Positions 1-10,936 of a stretch of DNA of 64,000 nucleotides are shown one piece after another (position 1 is the stretch's first letter; each line of letters begins with the position of its first letter). The notes beneath the pieces are model-generated. The model saw only the letters and a program-made list of their open reading frames with translations. It did no database searches and had not been told where the DNA came from. Origin of the DNA: Desulfosudaceae bacterium (GTDB taxonomy: Bacteria; Desulfobacterota; Desulfobacteria; Desulfobacterales; Desulfosudaceae). The stretch is from assembly GCA_963674745.2 (NCBI GenBank), contig CAXXDV010000003.1:1664001-1728000 (forward strand). The letters are read 5' to 3'. Position numbers and translations under genes: made by a program.

Positions 1-178
1 ATTCTAAGCCATCGACTATCGGGACAATTGCCAATGGACAGAACCGGTAAAAAGAAAAAATGGCCTTTTCAGTCTTATTCCATGCTGGTTTTAATGTACG
101 TTTTTTATACCAAAATGTTATACTGGTTTCATTCCATTCTTTAATAAAATAATCAACCGCACGTTTTTAGGAAAAGCC

Positions 179-1552
179 ATGAAAAATTATGACGTCGTGG
201 TAATCGGGGCCGGTACCGGGGGGCAGACCGCCGCCCATGATCTTGCGTCCAAAGGCCTTTCCGTGGCCGTGGCGGATCAAAGTGACCGGCCGGGCGGAAT
301 CTGCGCCCTGGCCGGTTGTCAGGCCAAAAAATACTTTTACGAAGTGACCGAAATCATGGCCCGATCACGACACCTGGCGAAAAAGGGTGTTGCGGAACCG
401 CCCCGGGCTGACTGGGGCGCCGTCCAGGCGCATAAACGTCAATTCACCGACGGCGTTCCGGAACGCGCCCGTCAGCAGCTCAAGGCGGCCGGCATCACCT
501 TTTTCCAGGAACCGGCCGTTTTCACGGACGATGCCACCCTGCGGATCGGAGACCGTCCCGTTCAGGCCCGCTATTACGTGATTGCCACCGGTGCCCGGCC
601 CATGGATTTGCCTTTTGCGGGCAATCAGTACCTGACGACCAGCGATATGTTTCTGGACCTGGCGCAGCTGCCGGAGCGCCTGGTTTTTGTCGGCGGCGGA
701 TTTATCAGCTTTGAATTTGCCCATTTCGCCGCCCGGCTGGGCGGACCGGCAACCGCAATTACCGTTCTGGAAGCGGCCGAGCGTCCCCTGGGGCCATTTG
801 ACGCCGAGATGGTCGAGCTGCTCTGCAAGGCTTCGGCTGAAGAAGGGATCACCATCCGCACCGGCGTACGCATCGCTTCCGTGGAACAGGTCGGGCCTGA
901 GTTTACAGTGCATCTGGCATCAAAAGAAACCATAACGGCCGATATGGTAATTCACGGGGCCGGACGGGCACCCCGTATCGAGGGGCTCAACCTGGAGGCC
1001 GCCGGTATCAAGTCCTCCCGCAGGGGGATTGAAGTGGATGCGTTCATGCGCACGACCAACCCCCGGGTATTTGCCGTGGGCGACTGCGCCGCTACCATTC
1101 AACTGGCCCGGGTGGCCGACGCCGAAGCCCACACGGCTGCAGCCGCTATTTCCAATGAACTGGACGCTGCCGGGTCATCCCTTCCCATTGATTATACCGC
1201 CACACCGTTTCTGCTGTTTACCTACCCCCAGTACGGCATGGTCGGCAGGACCGAGGCCGATCTGAAAGCGGCCGGTATTCAATACTACAAAAGTCATGAT
1301 CGGAATCTGGGTTTTCCCACCTACCGCAGGGTGGGCATGAAGCATGCGGCCTACAAGCTTCTGGTGGACAACACCAACCGCCTTCTGGGCGCCCATATCC
1401 TTTCCGACAACGCCGCCGGAATCATCAATGCCATTCACCTGGCCGTGGAAAACGATATTCCCGCAGACGCCCTTTACCGGCAGCACATCATGAGCCCCTA
1501 TCCCTCCCGGGAAAGCGACCTGCTGTATATGCTGGCCCCGTTCGTGGAATAA
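179..1552 (+). CDS. Class I pyridine nucleotide-disulfide oxidoreductase (glutathione reductase/dihydrolipoyl dehydrogenase family)
   Basis: FAD motif IGAGTGG, redox disulfide GGICALAGC (CxxxxC), ATGARP, NAD(P) motif GGGFIS, second FAD motif FAVGD. Confidence 0.9.
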   Translation: MKNYDVVVIGAGTGGQTAAHDLASKGLSVAVADQSDRPGGICALAGCQAKKYFYEVTEIMARSRHLAKKGVAEPPRADWGAVQAHKRQFTDGVPERARQQLKAAGITFFQEPAVFTDDATLRIGDRPVQARYYVIATGARPMDLPFAGNQYLTTSDMFLDLAQLPERLVFVGGGFISFEFAHFAARLGGPATAITVLEAAERPLGPFDAEMVELLCKASAEEGITIRTGVRIASVEQVGPEFTVHLASKETITADMVIHGAGRAPRIEGLNLEAAGIKSSRRGIEVDAFMRTTNPRVFAVGDCAATIQLARVADAEAHTAAAAISNELDAAGSSLPIDYTATPFLLFTYPQYGMVGRTEADLKAAGIQYYKSHDRNLGFPTYRRVGMKHAAYKLLVDNTNRLLGAHILSDNAAGIINAIHLAVENDIPADALYRQHIMSPYPSRESDLLYMLAPFVE

Positions 1553-1641
1553 GGACAAGCTATCTCAAAAACATTGACATCTGTCGACAAGACTATGGAT
1601 AATAACCTGTTAACGTTTTTTTATTTCAGATGTGAATTGTT

Positions 1642-2430
1642 GTGGATAACGATAATTTCAAAATTCATCAGGTTGCCGGTCGGATAGCCCTTATCACGAT
1701 CATTGAATACCCGGATAAAATACTGATCTTTGATACCGGATCAAAAAAAGACTACAAGCTGGTTGAAACCTTTTTTTTAAATGACCTCAAGCGGGAGATG
1801 GCTGATGTCAAGCTCATTGCCGTCTCGCATGTCCACCCGGACCATTCAGCCGGTGTCTTCGCCTTCAGGAAAAAATTTAACCATGTTATTGCCGGCCATC
1901 CGGATATCGATAAATGGTACCGGGGCTTTTTCGGGCGAATGCAGCAGATAGCCGATGTCTTCTTTTCTCATATTGCCGCCACCCAGGCCGGGGTGCCGAC
2001 CAGAAGGTTCTGGTTTAGAGGAAAGACAAGGCCGGATTTCTTACTAAAAGACAATGCCCCCCTGCCCTTTTTCGAAGACTGGCAGGCGCTTCATACCCCC
2101 GGTCATACGTCAAATGACATGGTCTTTTATCACGCCCGATCGAAGACCCTTTATGTCGGTGACCTTCTGGTCAAAATAAACGGCAAATACCACCTGCCTT
2201 ACGGCCTGCCGCTACCCGACCTGATGAAAACCTCTCTGGAAAAAGTTTCCGCCTTGGAAATCAAGACATTGCTCTTACCTCATGGGGGAATTGACCCCGT
2301 TTCTGACATCAAGGCAATCACACAGCCGCTGTTTTCGGAAATCGATCAGCGGCCCGGGTTTCCGGTGGGCCTGCTGATGCCGTTAACAAGGCTTTCATCT
2401 GAGATCAGAAGACGAAAAGCAAAACGTTAA
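1642..2430 (+). CDS. MBL-fold metallo-hydrolase
   Basis: SHVHPDH (HxHxDH), TPGHT, VGD and PHG metal-ligand motifs. Confidence 0.85.
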   Translation: MDNDNFKIHQVAGRIALITIIEYPDKILIFDTGSKKDYKLVETFFLNDLKREMADVKLIAVSHVHPDHSAGVFAFRKKFNHVIAGHPDIDKWYRGFFGRMQQIADVFFSHIAATQAGVPTRRFWFRGKTRPDFLLKDNAPLPFFEDWQALHTPGHTSNDMVFYHARSKTLYVGDLLVKINGKYHLPYGLPLPDLMKTSLEKVSALEIKTLLLPHGGIDPVSDIKAITQPLFSEIDQRPGFPVGLLMPLTRLSSEIRRRKAKR

Positions 2431-2442
2431 GGAGGTTGTCTT

Positions 2443-3180
2443 ATGAAAAACACCGTTCTTTTCCCCTTATTTCCGGTATTTGTTTTTTTCGTCCTTATAT
2501 CCGGTTTCAATACCGCCTTGGCCCAGGATGAAACAACCCTCTGGTATGCCGGTGTCTTCGGGGGATATGCGCTGAATCCCGAGGCATCCTGGGAAGACGA
2601 CGAAAATGTCACATATGATCTGGATATTGAAAAGACATATGTTTTCGGCGCAAAATTCGGCGTCAGTTTTCTGCCGACGGACTATTTCTCCTGTGAATTT
2701 GAATACAGTTATTTCAACCCCGATGTGGACCGGGCAATATTGGCCAGGGCCGGAGACGATTATTCCGCCATTGAAGGCGAAGTGAAGTTTCACAATTTCA
2801 TGATTAATCTGATCGCCAGATACCCGGCCCCCAGAATACGCCCATACCTGGGCCTGGGACTTGGGGGTTCGTGTTTTGATCTTTCGGTAACATCAACTCA
2901 AAGCATAGACGGCATTGTCTATAGCGGCAGAAATTCCGCTGATGACGCGGTCTTTGCGTGGCAGCTGCTGTTCGGCATTGACATTGACTTAACCGATACC
3001 CTGTCGCTGGATATCGGCTACCGTTACTTCGACGCCTCGTCACTGGATGACGATTATCACTATGACGTTTACTGTTATAACGGTGATTGTCACATTTATG
3101 GAGACAATAATTATGATGATGATGCCACTTTTGATTATAATACGGGCATGTTCACCATAGGATTCAGGCAGCGGTTTTAA
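2443..3180 (+). CDS. Outer-membrane beta-barrel protein (opacity/OmpA-like barrel)
   Basis: RBS aggagg, signal peptide ending ALA, amphipathic strands (RPYLGLGLG, LDIGYRYF), C-terminal Phe (GFRQRF). Confidence 0.8.
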   Translation: MKNTVLFPLFPVFVFFVLISGFNTALAQDETTLWYAGVFGGYALNPEASWEDDENVTYDLDIEKTYVFGAKFGVSFLPTDYFSCEFEYSYFNPDVDRAILARAGDDYSAIEGEVKFHNFMINLIARYPAPRIRPYLGLGLGGSCFDLSVTSTQSIDGIVYSGRNSADDAVFAWQLLFGIDIDLTDTLSLDIGYRYFDASSLDDDYHYDVYCYNGDCHIYGDNNYDDDATFDYNTGMFTIGFRQRF

Positions 3181-3399
3181 GGGCAAACTTTTTCATCATG
3201 CGATGCGACCGGCAGCATATTGACACATAATATCGGCCTTGCTATATGTAGGAGACACTAAGCGTCTTCTTATCCTATTCCTGACATTCGATCGGCCTTT
3301 ATAATACTGTGTAAAAATCAGCTGTCTGTTATGGGGGGCTCGGCCGACTCATGGTGTCCGACCTGGCATAAAAGATATCTTCAACAAAGGAGGCTTTTT

Positions 3400-3990
3400 A
3401 TGAAGCGCTTTATAGAGACCTTTACTGTCTTTCTGGTTGTCCTGCTGGTCACATCGACTGCTTTCGGCAAAGAGACAACGCCGTCAGCACGGAATGTCGC
3501 ACCCGGCGGTGAGATGCCGAAAGTGACAACAAAGGGGGTTAAGCCGGCCCATCCCCTGCCCTTCCAGGTAACGTCAGTGGAATTCCATGAGATGTCTCAG
3601 AACAACCTGAGCTTTCTGGCGGTAGGGATATATTTCAACAAGGATGTCGACCCGGCTTCGGTTCAGCAAAACGTCAATATCAGGCTCCTTAAAAAGGATG
3701 AGAACCATTTCTGGCGTGATGCCTCGACCCAGAACAACAATGTGCGGGTTGTGCAGCATGTAATCACATGGGCCTCGGGGGCGCCTCTGGAAAACGGCTA
3801 TTATGTCATGCACCTCCGGGGTACGCTCAAGAGCAAGGACGGTCTTTTCCTTGATTGTAACGGTGACGGCCAGGGTGAAGGCGGCGCCCTTCCGCCCTAT
3901 GAGTCGGCGATCTACCAGGTAAACATCCCGGAACCCGGAATGCTTGATCCCAGAGAGATCGAAGGGCTCAGAGATCAAATAGGGCCATAG
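3400..3990 (+). CDS. Secreted protein, probable Ig-like domain
   Basis: aggagg RBS before ATG 3400; signal peptide MKRFIETFTVFLVVLLVTSTAFG; IYFNKDVDPASV and LKSKDGLFLD resemble Big_5/SbsA-type Ig motifs. Confidence 0.6.
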   Translation: MKRFIETFTVFLVVLLVTSTAFGKETTPSARNVAPGGEMPKVTTKGVKPAHPLPFQVTSVEFHEMSQNNLSFLAVGIYFNKDVDPASVQQNVNIRLLKKDENHFWRDASTQNNNVRVVQHVITWASGAPLENGYYVMHLRGTLKSKDGLFLDCNGDGQGEGGALPPYESAIYQVNIPEPGMLDPREIEGLRDQIGP

Positions 3991-4020
3991 AACGCCTGTG
4001 GAACCGGCCGGCCTTTTGAT

Positions 4021-4431
4021 TTAACGCGGATATTTCGCCAATCGTTTTTTACACGCCAGAAAAAAATCCGAGACCGGATTTTCCATTCCCTTAACGAATC
4101 GCCGCTCGATTATTTCGATCGGGTAAACGACTTCATCCCCGACCGTCACGCCCAGACCGTGAGAGGTTTTCACCCAGGCACCATCCAGGACGACACACAT
4201 GGCCTCTCCCAGATAACACCCCCATAACTCGTATCGATAAGCATCCTTTTCCGGATCACCTTCCGGTCCGTCCGGCCAGGCGATATTGATAATCCGATCC
4301 ATCCCCAGGATGGAAACCTCATCCAGTAGAAGTTCGATATTCATGATATACCGGGCCGACTCGCGGCAAATGGCCGCGGCTTCCTTGATATTCAGGACCT
4401 CCTGGCGTGATGGTTTTGGATGCATGGTCAT
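4021..4431 (-). CDS. Hypothetical protein (DUF3806-like)
   Basis: 136-aa ORF with GCYLGE...GAW...YPIEIIERRF pattern resembling DUF3806-type small proteins. Confidence 0.5.
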   Translation of the reverse strand: MTMHPKPSRQEVLNIKEAAAICRESARYIMNIELLLDEVSILGMDRIINIAWPDGPEGDPEKDAYRYELWGCYLGEAMCVVLDGAWVKTSHGLGVTVGDEVVYPIEIIERRFVKGMENPVSDFFLACKKRLAKYPR

Positions 4432-4634
4432 GTCTCGATTTTCGTTTTGAATTTGATCATATCATCCCTGATTTTAAATACAACAGGTCTGAAAGTCACC
4501 GAATAATCAGACGTTGAGTGCCCTTTTTATCCCCTGACATGGGTTTTGAAAAGCGAAAGACGATCGATATCCTTATATTTATCAATTTTAATCGGACAGT
4601 TATCTTATAATGAACCAAAACAGAAAATTATCTC

Positions 4635-4663
4635 TTGACATGTTATATTTTTACCCTTAAAAT
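4635..4663 (+). promoter_or_regulatory. Sigma-70 promoter of the sahR-ahcY operon
   Basis: TTGACA (4635-4640), 17-bp spacer, TAAAAT (4658-4663). Confidence 0.8.
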
Positions 4664-4672
4664 CAAATCAAT

Positions 4673-4692
4673 AAATCAAGATAAGTTGATAT
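4673..4692. promoter_or_regulatory. Putative SahR operator
   Basis: Palindrome aaATCAAgataagTTGATat between the -10 box and the start codon; resembles the ATCAA-N6-TTGAT SahR-type motif. Confidence 0.75.
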
Positions 4693-4698
4693 ATAGAT

Positions 4699-5619
4699 AT
4701 GGATGAATTGAAATACTTTAAGGCATTGTCGGACGAAACCCGTCTCCGGCTGATCAACATTCTGATACATCATGAGTTGAAAGTCGGGGAACTGGTGTCG
4801 ATCATGCAGATGGGTCAGTCACGGATATCCCGGCATCTTAAAATAATGGCTGAAGCGGGCCTGATCGATCACTTGAGAGAAGGCGTCTGGAGTCTTTATT
4901 TTATCGTTAAAAACGGTCGCGCACGACAGTTTATCGATTCAATCAGCTTTCTGTTTGAGGGCAATCCGGTGATGGAAAAAGACCTGGCGCGGGCGACCCG
5001 GACGGTTGAGGACCGGGCACAAAATACCCGCCGCTTTTTTAATACCATGGCCGACAGCTGGGATCGCTTAAAGCAACAGATCATCGGCGATTTTGACTTG
5101 AACCGGGCCATCTTCAGCGACCTCGGCAACTACGATGTAGCCGTTGACCTGGGCTGCGGCACGGGCGACCTGCTGGAAGACCTTCAGGCGCATGCCGCCA
5201 AAGTGATCGGTGTGGACAGCGCCCCGGGGATGCTGGAAGAAGCGCGAAAACGATTCGCAAATCGTAATCACGGCATTGACATCCGTCTGGGAGAGATCGA
5301 ACATCTCCCGCTGGGTGACAATGAGGCGGACCTGGCCGTCATATCCCTGGTGTTGCAGTACCTCACCCGGCCGGAAACAGCCATCGCCGAGGTGAGCCGG
5401 GTTTTACGATCGGGTGGTGACTTTATCCTGGCGGACTTTGAACAGCATGCCAATACGGCCCTCCGGGAAACATACGGGGCCTGCTGGCTTGGATTCGACC
5501 CCCAGGAAATCGCCCGCTGGCTCACACAAAACAGCTTTGATTTAATAACCAGAAACCGCTATCCGCTGGAGCAGGGACTGACACTTGTCGTCTACCACAG
5601 CCGGCACCGCGTTTCTTAA
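4699..5619 (+). CDS. sahR: ArsR-family HTH + SAM-binding methyltransferase-domain regulator (SahR)
   Basis: N-terminal FKALSDETRLRL...QSRISRHLK; C-terminal VDLGCGTG SAM motif; immediately upstream of ahcY. Confidence 0.85.
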   Translation: MDELKYFKALSDETRLRLINILIHHELKVGELVSIMQMGQSRISRHLKIMAEAGLIDHLREGVWSLYFIVKNGRARQFIDSISFLFEGNPVMEKDLARATRTVEDRAQNTRRFFNTMADSWDRLKQQIIGDFDLNRAIFSDLGNYDVAVDLGCGTGDLLEDLQAHAAKVIGVDSAPGMLEEARKRFANRNHGIDIRLGEIEHLPLGDNEADLAVISLVLQYLTRPETAIAEVSRVLRSGGDFILADFEQHANTALRETYGACWLGFDPQEIARWLTQNSFDLITRNRYPLEQGLTLVVYHSRHRVS

Positions 5620-5628
5620 ACCTTGTAA

Positions 5629-7089
<1,461 letters not shown>

Positions 7090-7116
7090 TCCGGTTTACC
7101 AATCATCACCGCACGC

Positions 7117-7152
7117 AACGGCGAAAGAGGCAACTCTTTCGCCGTTTTTTTA
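7117..7152 (+). terminator. Intrinsic terminator after ahcY
   Basis: 13-bp stem aacggcgaaagag / ctctttcgccgtt, GCAA loop, followed by a T-tract. Confidence 0.9.
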
Positions 7153-7221
7153 TGATTGTCATGCCTTTATTTTTGTCTTTATCTTATAACTGCCTCTCAT
7201 CTGATAAAGACGGGAAAAACA

Positions 7222-7250
7222 TTGACGCACAAGCACGGCCCTGCTAAATT
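7222..7250 (+). promoter_or_regulatory. Putative sigma-70 promoter for the 702-aa membrane methyltransferase-like gene
   Basis: TTGACG, 17-bp spacer, TAAATT. Confidence 0.55.
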
Positions 7251-7395
7251 TTCTGATGATACTTTCTTATTTACGAATTGGACAAAGGCCCTGAATCGAT
7301 TTGCAGACCCTTTTGGCGATCACGCATCTGTCCCTGCCAACCATACTAGAATATCAGATTACCCCTCTAACTCAAAAATACGGGAATGACAACTT

Positions 7396-9504
7396 GTGGC
7401 TAACCAATTGAAAATCCGGACTCCCAAGCTTAACCTGCTGTTATGGAGCCTGATGGGCATATTTTCCCAACTTGCTTTTGTCAGGATGTTTACCACCTTT
7501 GCCGGAGGTACGGCTTATTACGGAAACATGTTTTTATTAGTAGGGATTATTTCTTTGGCCGGTGGGTTCTTCGCCCCCAGGTTATCCCGGCACCTGGTGT
7601 TGCTGCCCTATTTTATCCTGATTGCCTTTCTGTCCACATTATGGATCAGCACGTTTAACCTGATCCCCCACATTTCCGGCGAATTTTTGTGGTCGACCAT
7701 AGCCAATGTTTATCCCCGACCGGCCGACTTTGATCTTCAACTGGCCATTATCATCCTTTCTTTGACAATCATTCCGGTACTGGTCTTAATCGGCAGCCAG
7801 CAGGCATATTATCTCCTCTCCTTCTCTCAAGGATTTGTCGGATACCTGGTGATGGCCCTTGGCGGTGTTATCGGCGCCGTTCTTTTCTCGCTGCAAAACC
7901 AGTTTCTACCAGCCTTTACCTGGCTGGTGTTCTTCTGGGTGGGCATCCTTTTGCTGCTGCTGATACAGGCAAAAAACAGCCTGTTCCAGAAACTGATTTA
8001 TATCAGCCCGTTAATTTTTTTCCTTGTTCTCGGAGTACTCGTATCCTCCTATCATTACTGGAGCCCTTACCAGCGGATTGATCTGGTTAACGCCAAAGAT
8101 AATAACCAGATTCACATTCTGGCTAACGGGTTTTTTCTTTCATCTGTTTCCACGGAACACATAGCAGAAAGCCCTCGGAAAAATCGCATACTTCAATCCA
8201 AGGTCTTTAAATGTATCGGCCCTGAAGATGAGGTTTTAGTCCTGGGTTCATGTGGCGGCACCAATGATGTCAGGGAAGCGCTGTACGCGGGAGCAAAAAA
8301 AGTAACCGCCGTAGAAATCGACCCCTGTTTTGTTCAAATCGGTAACACGATTGATCCTGACAAGTCATACCGGAATTCGCGGGTCAAAACGGTGATCGGC
8401 GATGCCCGCCGGTTTTTACTGACCGATGACGGGAAATACGACACCATCTATATGGCTTTTTTAGATTCACAGACCAATGCCTCCAACAAGGCCCGGTTCA
8501 GGCTGGACAGCTTTCTTTATACCAGCGAAGGAATAGATCTGGTGTTGTCTCATTTAAAAGCGGATGGCCTTTTGTATATCAACTTTGCCACCGGCACTTT
8601 TTGGATCAGAAACAGGATTTTCCAACTTTTAGAAAATTCCAGCAAAAATATCGTCCGGGTTTTTCAAAGACAATCCGGTATTCAGACACTATACGTGGTT
8701 TCCAAACAGAATCTTGACCTGGATTACCTCAAAGACATTTACAATGAAACCACATCCCGGTTCAAAGCCTCAAAACGGTCTTTGATTCCCACCGATGACT
8801 GGCCGTTCTTATATTGCCAGCATAAACGCATTCCGCAGGAGCATTTCAGGCTGCTGGTCATCATGTTTATACTGATGGCAGCCATTCTCAGTATTTGTCA
8901 GAATATCGAAGGCGCTGATAAGGCCGTCTCATCCCAAACAAAAGCGGCTCCGATGCTGCTGGCATACGCCTTTTTCTCCGGAGCCGCATTTTTCTTCATC
9001 GAGTTGCGGACGATTTCGGCATTGACACCCATTCTTGGTTCTTCCTATCTCAGCCAGGCGATGGTAATCATAGCGGTAATCATCTCGTCTTTTCTGGGGA
9101 ACCTGTCCGCTTCCTTCAAGCTGAAGCCGAACATCACCGCTGTCTGGCTGTTGCTGTTTGTCAGCCTGGCGCTGGTATTTCAGGCCACCGGGCTGTTCCA
9201 CCCGTTAAAAGGAAACATTCTGCCGTCTGTCGGCTTATATGTAATTGTGTTTATCCTGCCGACCTTTATCGCGGGCCATCTTTATCTGCATTACCTGCTC
9301 GGTCACAGTGCCGGCACTGTCCTGAACATGCAGAAATGGAATTTCTTCGGCGGGGCGCTGGGTGGTCTGGGAGAAGTAACCGCCATATATTTTGGTTTTC
9401 AGCGTTCGCTCTGGATTATCGTAACCCTTTACCTGCTGTCATTGATTTCGATCACTATTTTTATCCGCAACCGGAAAAAAACAACCCGTCCGATCCCGTT
9501 ATGA
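7396..9504 (+). CDS. Polytopic membrane protein with central spermidine-synthase-like SAM-binding domain
   Basis: Hydrophobic N- and C-terminal blocks flanking WSPYQRI, VLVLGSCGGTNDV, VTAVEIDP, GDARRFL, YDTI, PTDDWPFLY. Confidence 0.8.
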   Translation: MANQLKIRTPKLNLLLWSLMGIFSQLAFVRMFTTFAGGTAYYGNMFLLVGIISLAGGFFAPRLSRHLVLLPYFILIAFLSTLWISTFNLIPHISGEFLWSTIANVYPRPADFDLQLAIIILSLTIIPVLVLIGSQQAYYLLSFSQGFVGYLVMALGGVIGAVLFSLQNQFLPAFTWLVFFWVGILLLLLIQAKNSLFQKLIYISPLIFFLVLGVLVSSYHYWSPYQRIDLVNAKDNNQIHILANGFFLSSVSTEHIAESPRKNRILQSKVFKCIGPEDEVLVLGSCGGTNDVREALYAGAKKVTAVEIDPCFVQIGNTIDPDKSYRNSRVKTVIGDARRFLLTDDGKYDTIYMAFLDSQTNASNKARFRLDSFLYTSEGIDLVLSHLKADGLLYINFATGTFWIRNRIFQLLENSSKNIVRVFQRQSGIQTLYVVSKQNLDLDYLKDIYNETTSRFKASKRSLIPTDDWPFLYCQHKRIPQEHFRLLVIMFILMAAILSICQNIEGADKAVSSQTKAAPMLLAYAFFSGAAFFFIELRTISALTPILGSSYLSQAMVIIAVIISSFLGNLSASFKLKPNITAVWLLLFVSLALVFQATGLFHPLKGNILPSVGLYVIVFILPTFIAGHLYLHYLLGHSAGTVLNMQKWNFFGGALGGLGEVTAIYFGFQRSLWIIVTLYLLSLISITIFIRNRKKTTRPIPL

Positions 9505-9571
9505 TCCAAATCACCTTTGCACCGGGAGAAGAAGTGTGGAAACGATTTAATTTAAAACGATAGAGGACAAC

Positions 9572-10450
9572 ATGCGTTACGAAGGACAGATATACCGGCC
9601 CTTTTCCGAGGCCGACAGCTATCTTTTACAATGCACCATCGGGTGCTCCCACAATGGCTGCACTTTTTGCGGCATGTACAAGGACCGGCAATTCCGGATC
9701 CGCTCCATGGAAGAAATCATGGAAGATATCCGTATGGCCAAAGATTATTACGGGGATGTGCAAAAAGCCTTTTTGTGCGACGGAGACGCGGTGTGCATGG
9801 ACACCGAAGCGCTGATGGCCATTATAAAGGCGCTTTACGAAACATTTCCTTCCCTTCGTCATGTGGGTACCTATGTCGGCCCCCAGAGCACACTGGCCAA
9901 AACCCCGGCCGACCTGAAAAACCTTCGAAAGGCGGGACTGACCAAGGCCTACCTGGGGGTCGAATCGGGCGATGACGAGGTGCTCAAGGACACCAACAAA
10001 GGCGTCAACGCGGCCCAGATGCTGGAAGCCGGTAAACGATTGGTGGAAAACGGCTTTAACCTGTCGTCCATGGTGCTGCTGGGAATCGCCGGGACCGGCG
10101 AAAAAGCGAAAAGACACGCCGCCCTTACCGCTGAAATTACCAATCAGATGAAACCCCGCTACCTGGCTGCCCTGACCTTTACCCCGGTTCCGAGAACGGC
10201 CCTGTTCAGAAAGGTCGAATCCGGGGCGTTTGTCCTGCCTGATCCCTTTGAGACTCTGGAAGAAATGAAAATCATGTTTGAAAACATCACCATCGACAAC
10301 CTGACATTTATCGGCGCCCATGCCTCCAATTACCTGCCCGTCAGCGGAAAACTCCAGAAAGACAAAGCCGCCATGCTGAAAACCGTCGACGCCGTCCTTT
10401 CATCCCGCGACATGGGCGCCCTTCGCCCGGATAACATGCGGGGGTTGTAA
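9572..10450 (+). CDS. Radical SAM protein
   Basis: CSHNGCTFC (CxxxCxxC), YLGVESG, HASNYLP. Confidence 0.9.
   Translation: MRYEGQIYRPFSEADSYLLQCTIGCSHNGCTFCGMYKDRQFRIRSMEEIMEDIRMAKDYYGDVQKAFLCDGDAVCMDTEALMAIIKALYETFPSLRHVGTYVGPQSTLAKTPADLKNLRKAGLTKAYLGVESGDDEVLKDTNKGVNAAQMLEAGKRLVENGFNLSSMVLLGIAGTGEKAKRHAALTAEITNQMKPRYLAALTFTPVPRTALFRKVESGAFVLPDPFETLEEMKIMFENITIDNLTFIGAHASNYLPVSGKLQKDKAAMLKTVDAVLSSRDMGALRPDNMRGL
10299..10363 (+). repeat. Copy 1 of a 65-bp direct repeat (within the radical SAM gene 3' region)
   Basis: 56/65 identical to 11644-11708 by manual alignment. Confidence 0.85.
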
Positions 10451-10936
10451 AAACCGTATGCGTGCATAGGATTACGGCGCCGGAAACGCGCCCATCCTGC
10501 GTTTAATCCGCTGTGTTCCAGTGCTTCATCTTTTGCCAGGAGCCGTTGTAGCGGAAACCAAAAACGCATAAAATATTCAAAAAATCATCAACCAAAATGA
10601 CTGAAATCCAATCGTTTTCAGAAGTGGTGATGAAATATTATCTTTTACTTGACAGAAATGAAAAAATGCGGTTCACAAGAAGTTAGAGGCGCATGTTTCG
10701 GGGGGATTCCAAGGCCAATATATCTATTTATTGAATAATTCAAGGATAGTATAGCTGTTTATGCACAATCAAAGTGCATGACAGGATTACGCCGACTGTC
10801 CCCAAAATTCCACAATCCTCAATCAATTGACTCAAGCGCTATAAATTATCTGTTATCAGGAAGGGGGGTGATACAGGTTGTGAGGCGAAGGTTAATTGAT
10901 TTAATAATCTTTTATTTACAAAAAAAGGATAGAGAA

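Noticed and set aside
7156..7389. 77-aa ORF between ahcY and the membrane methyltransferase-like gene
   Set aside because: TTG start right after a terminator, overlaps a putative promoter, no RBS or motif
9626..10321. Long antisense ORFs (here, and e.g. 19855-20568, 25300-25923, 58590-59345)
   Set aside because: Shadows of well-supported genes on the opposite strand, with no motifs
10685..10841. Lysine-riboswitch-like words AGAGGCGC...GCCGA CTGTC...AGCGCTA
   Set aside because: No room for P3/P4 between GCCGA and CTGTC, P2 does not pair, and the downstream gene is unrelated to lysine
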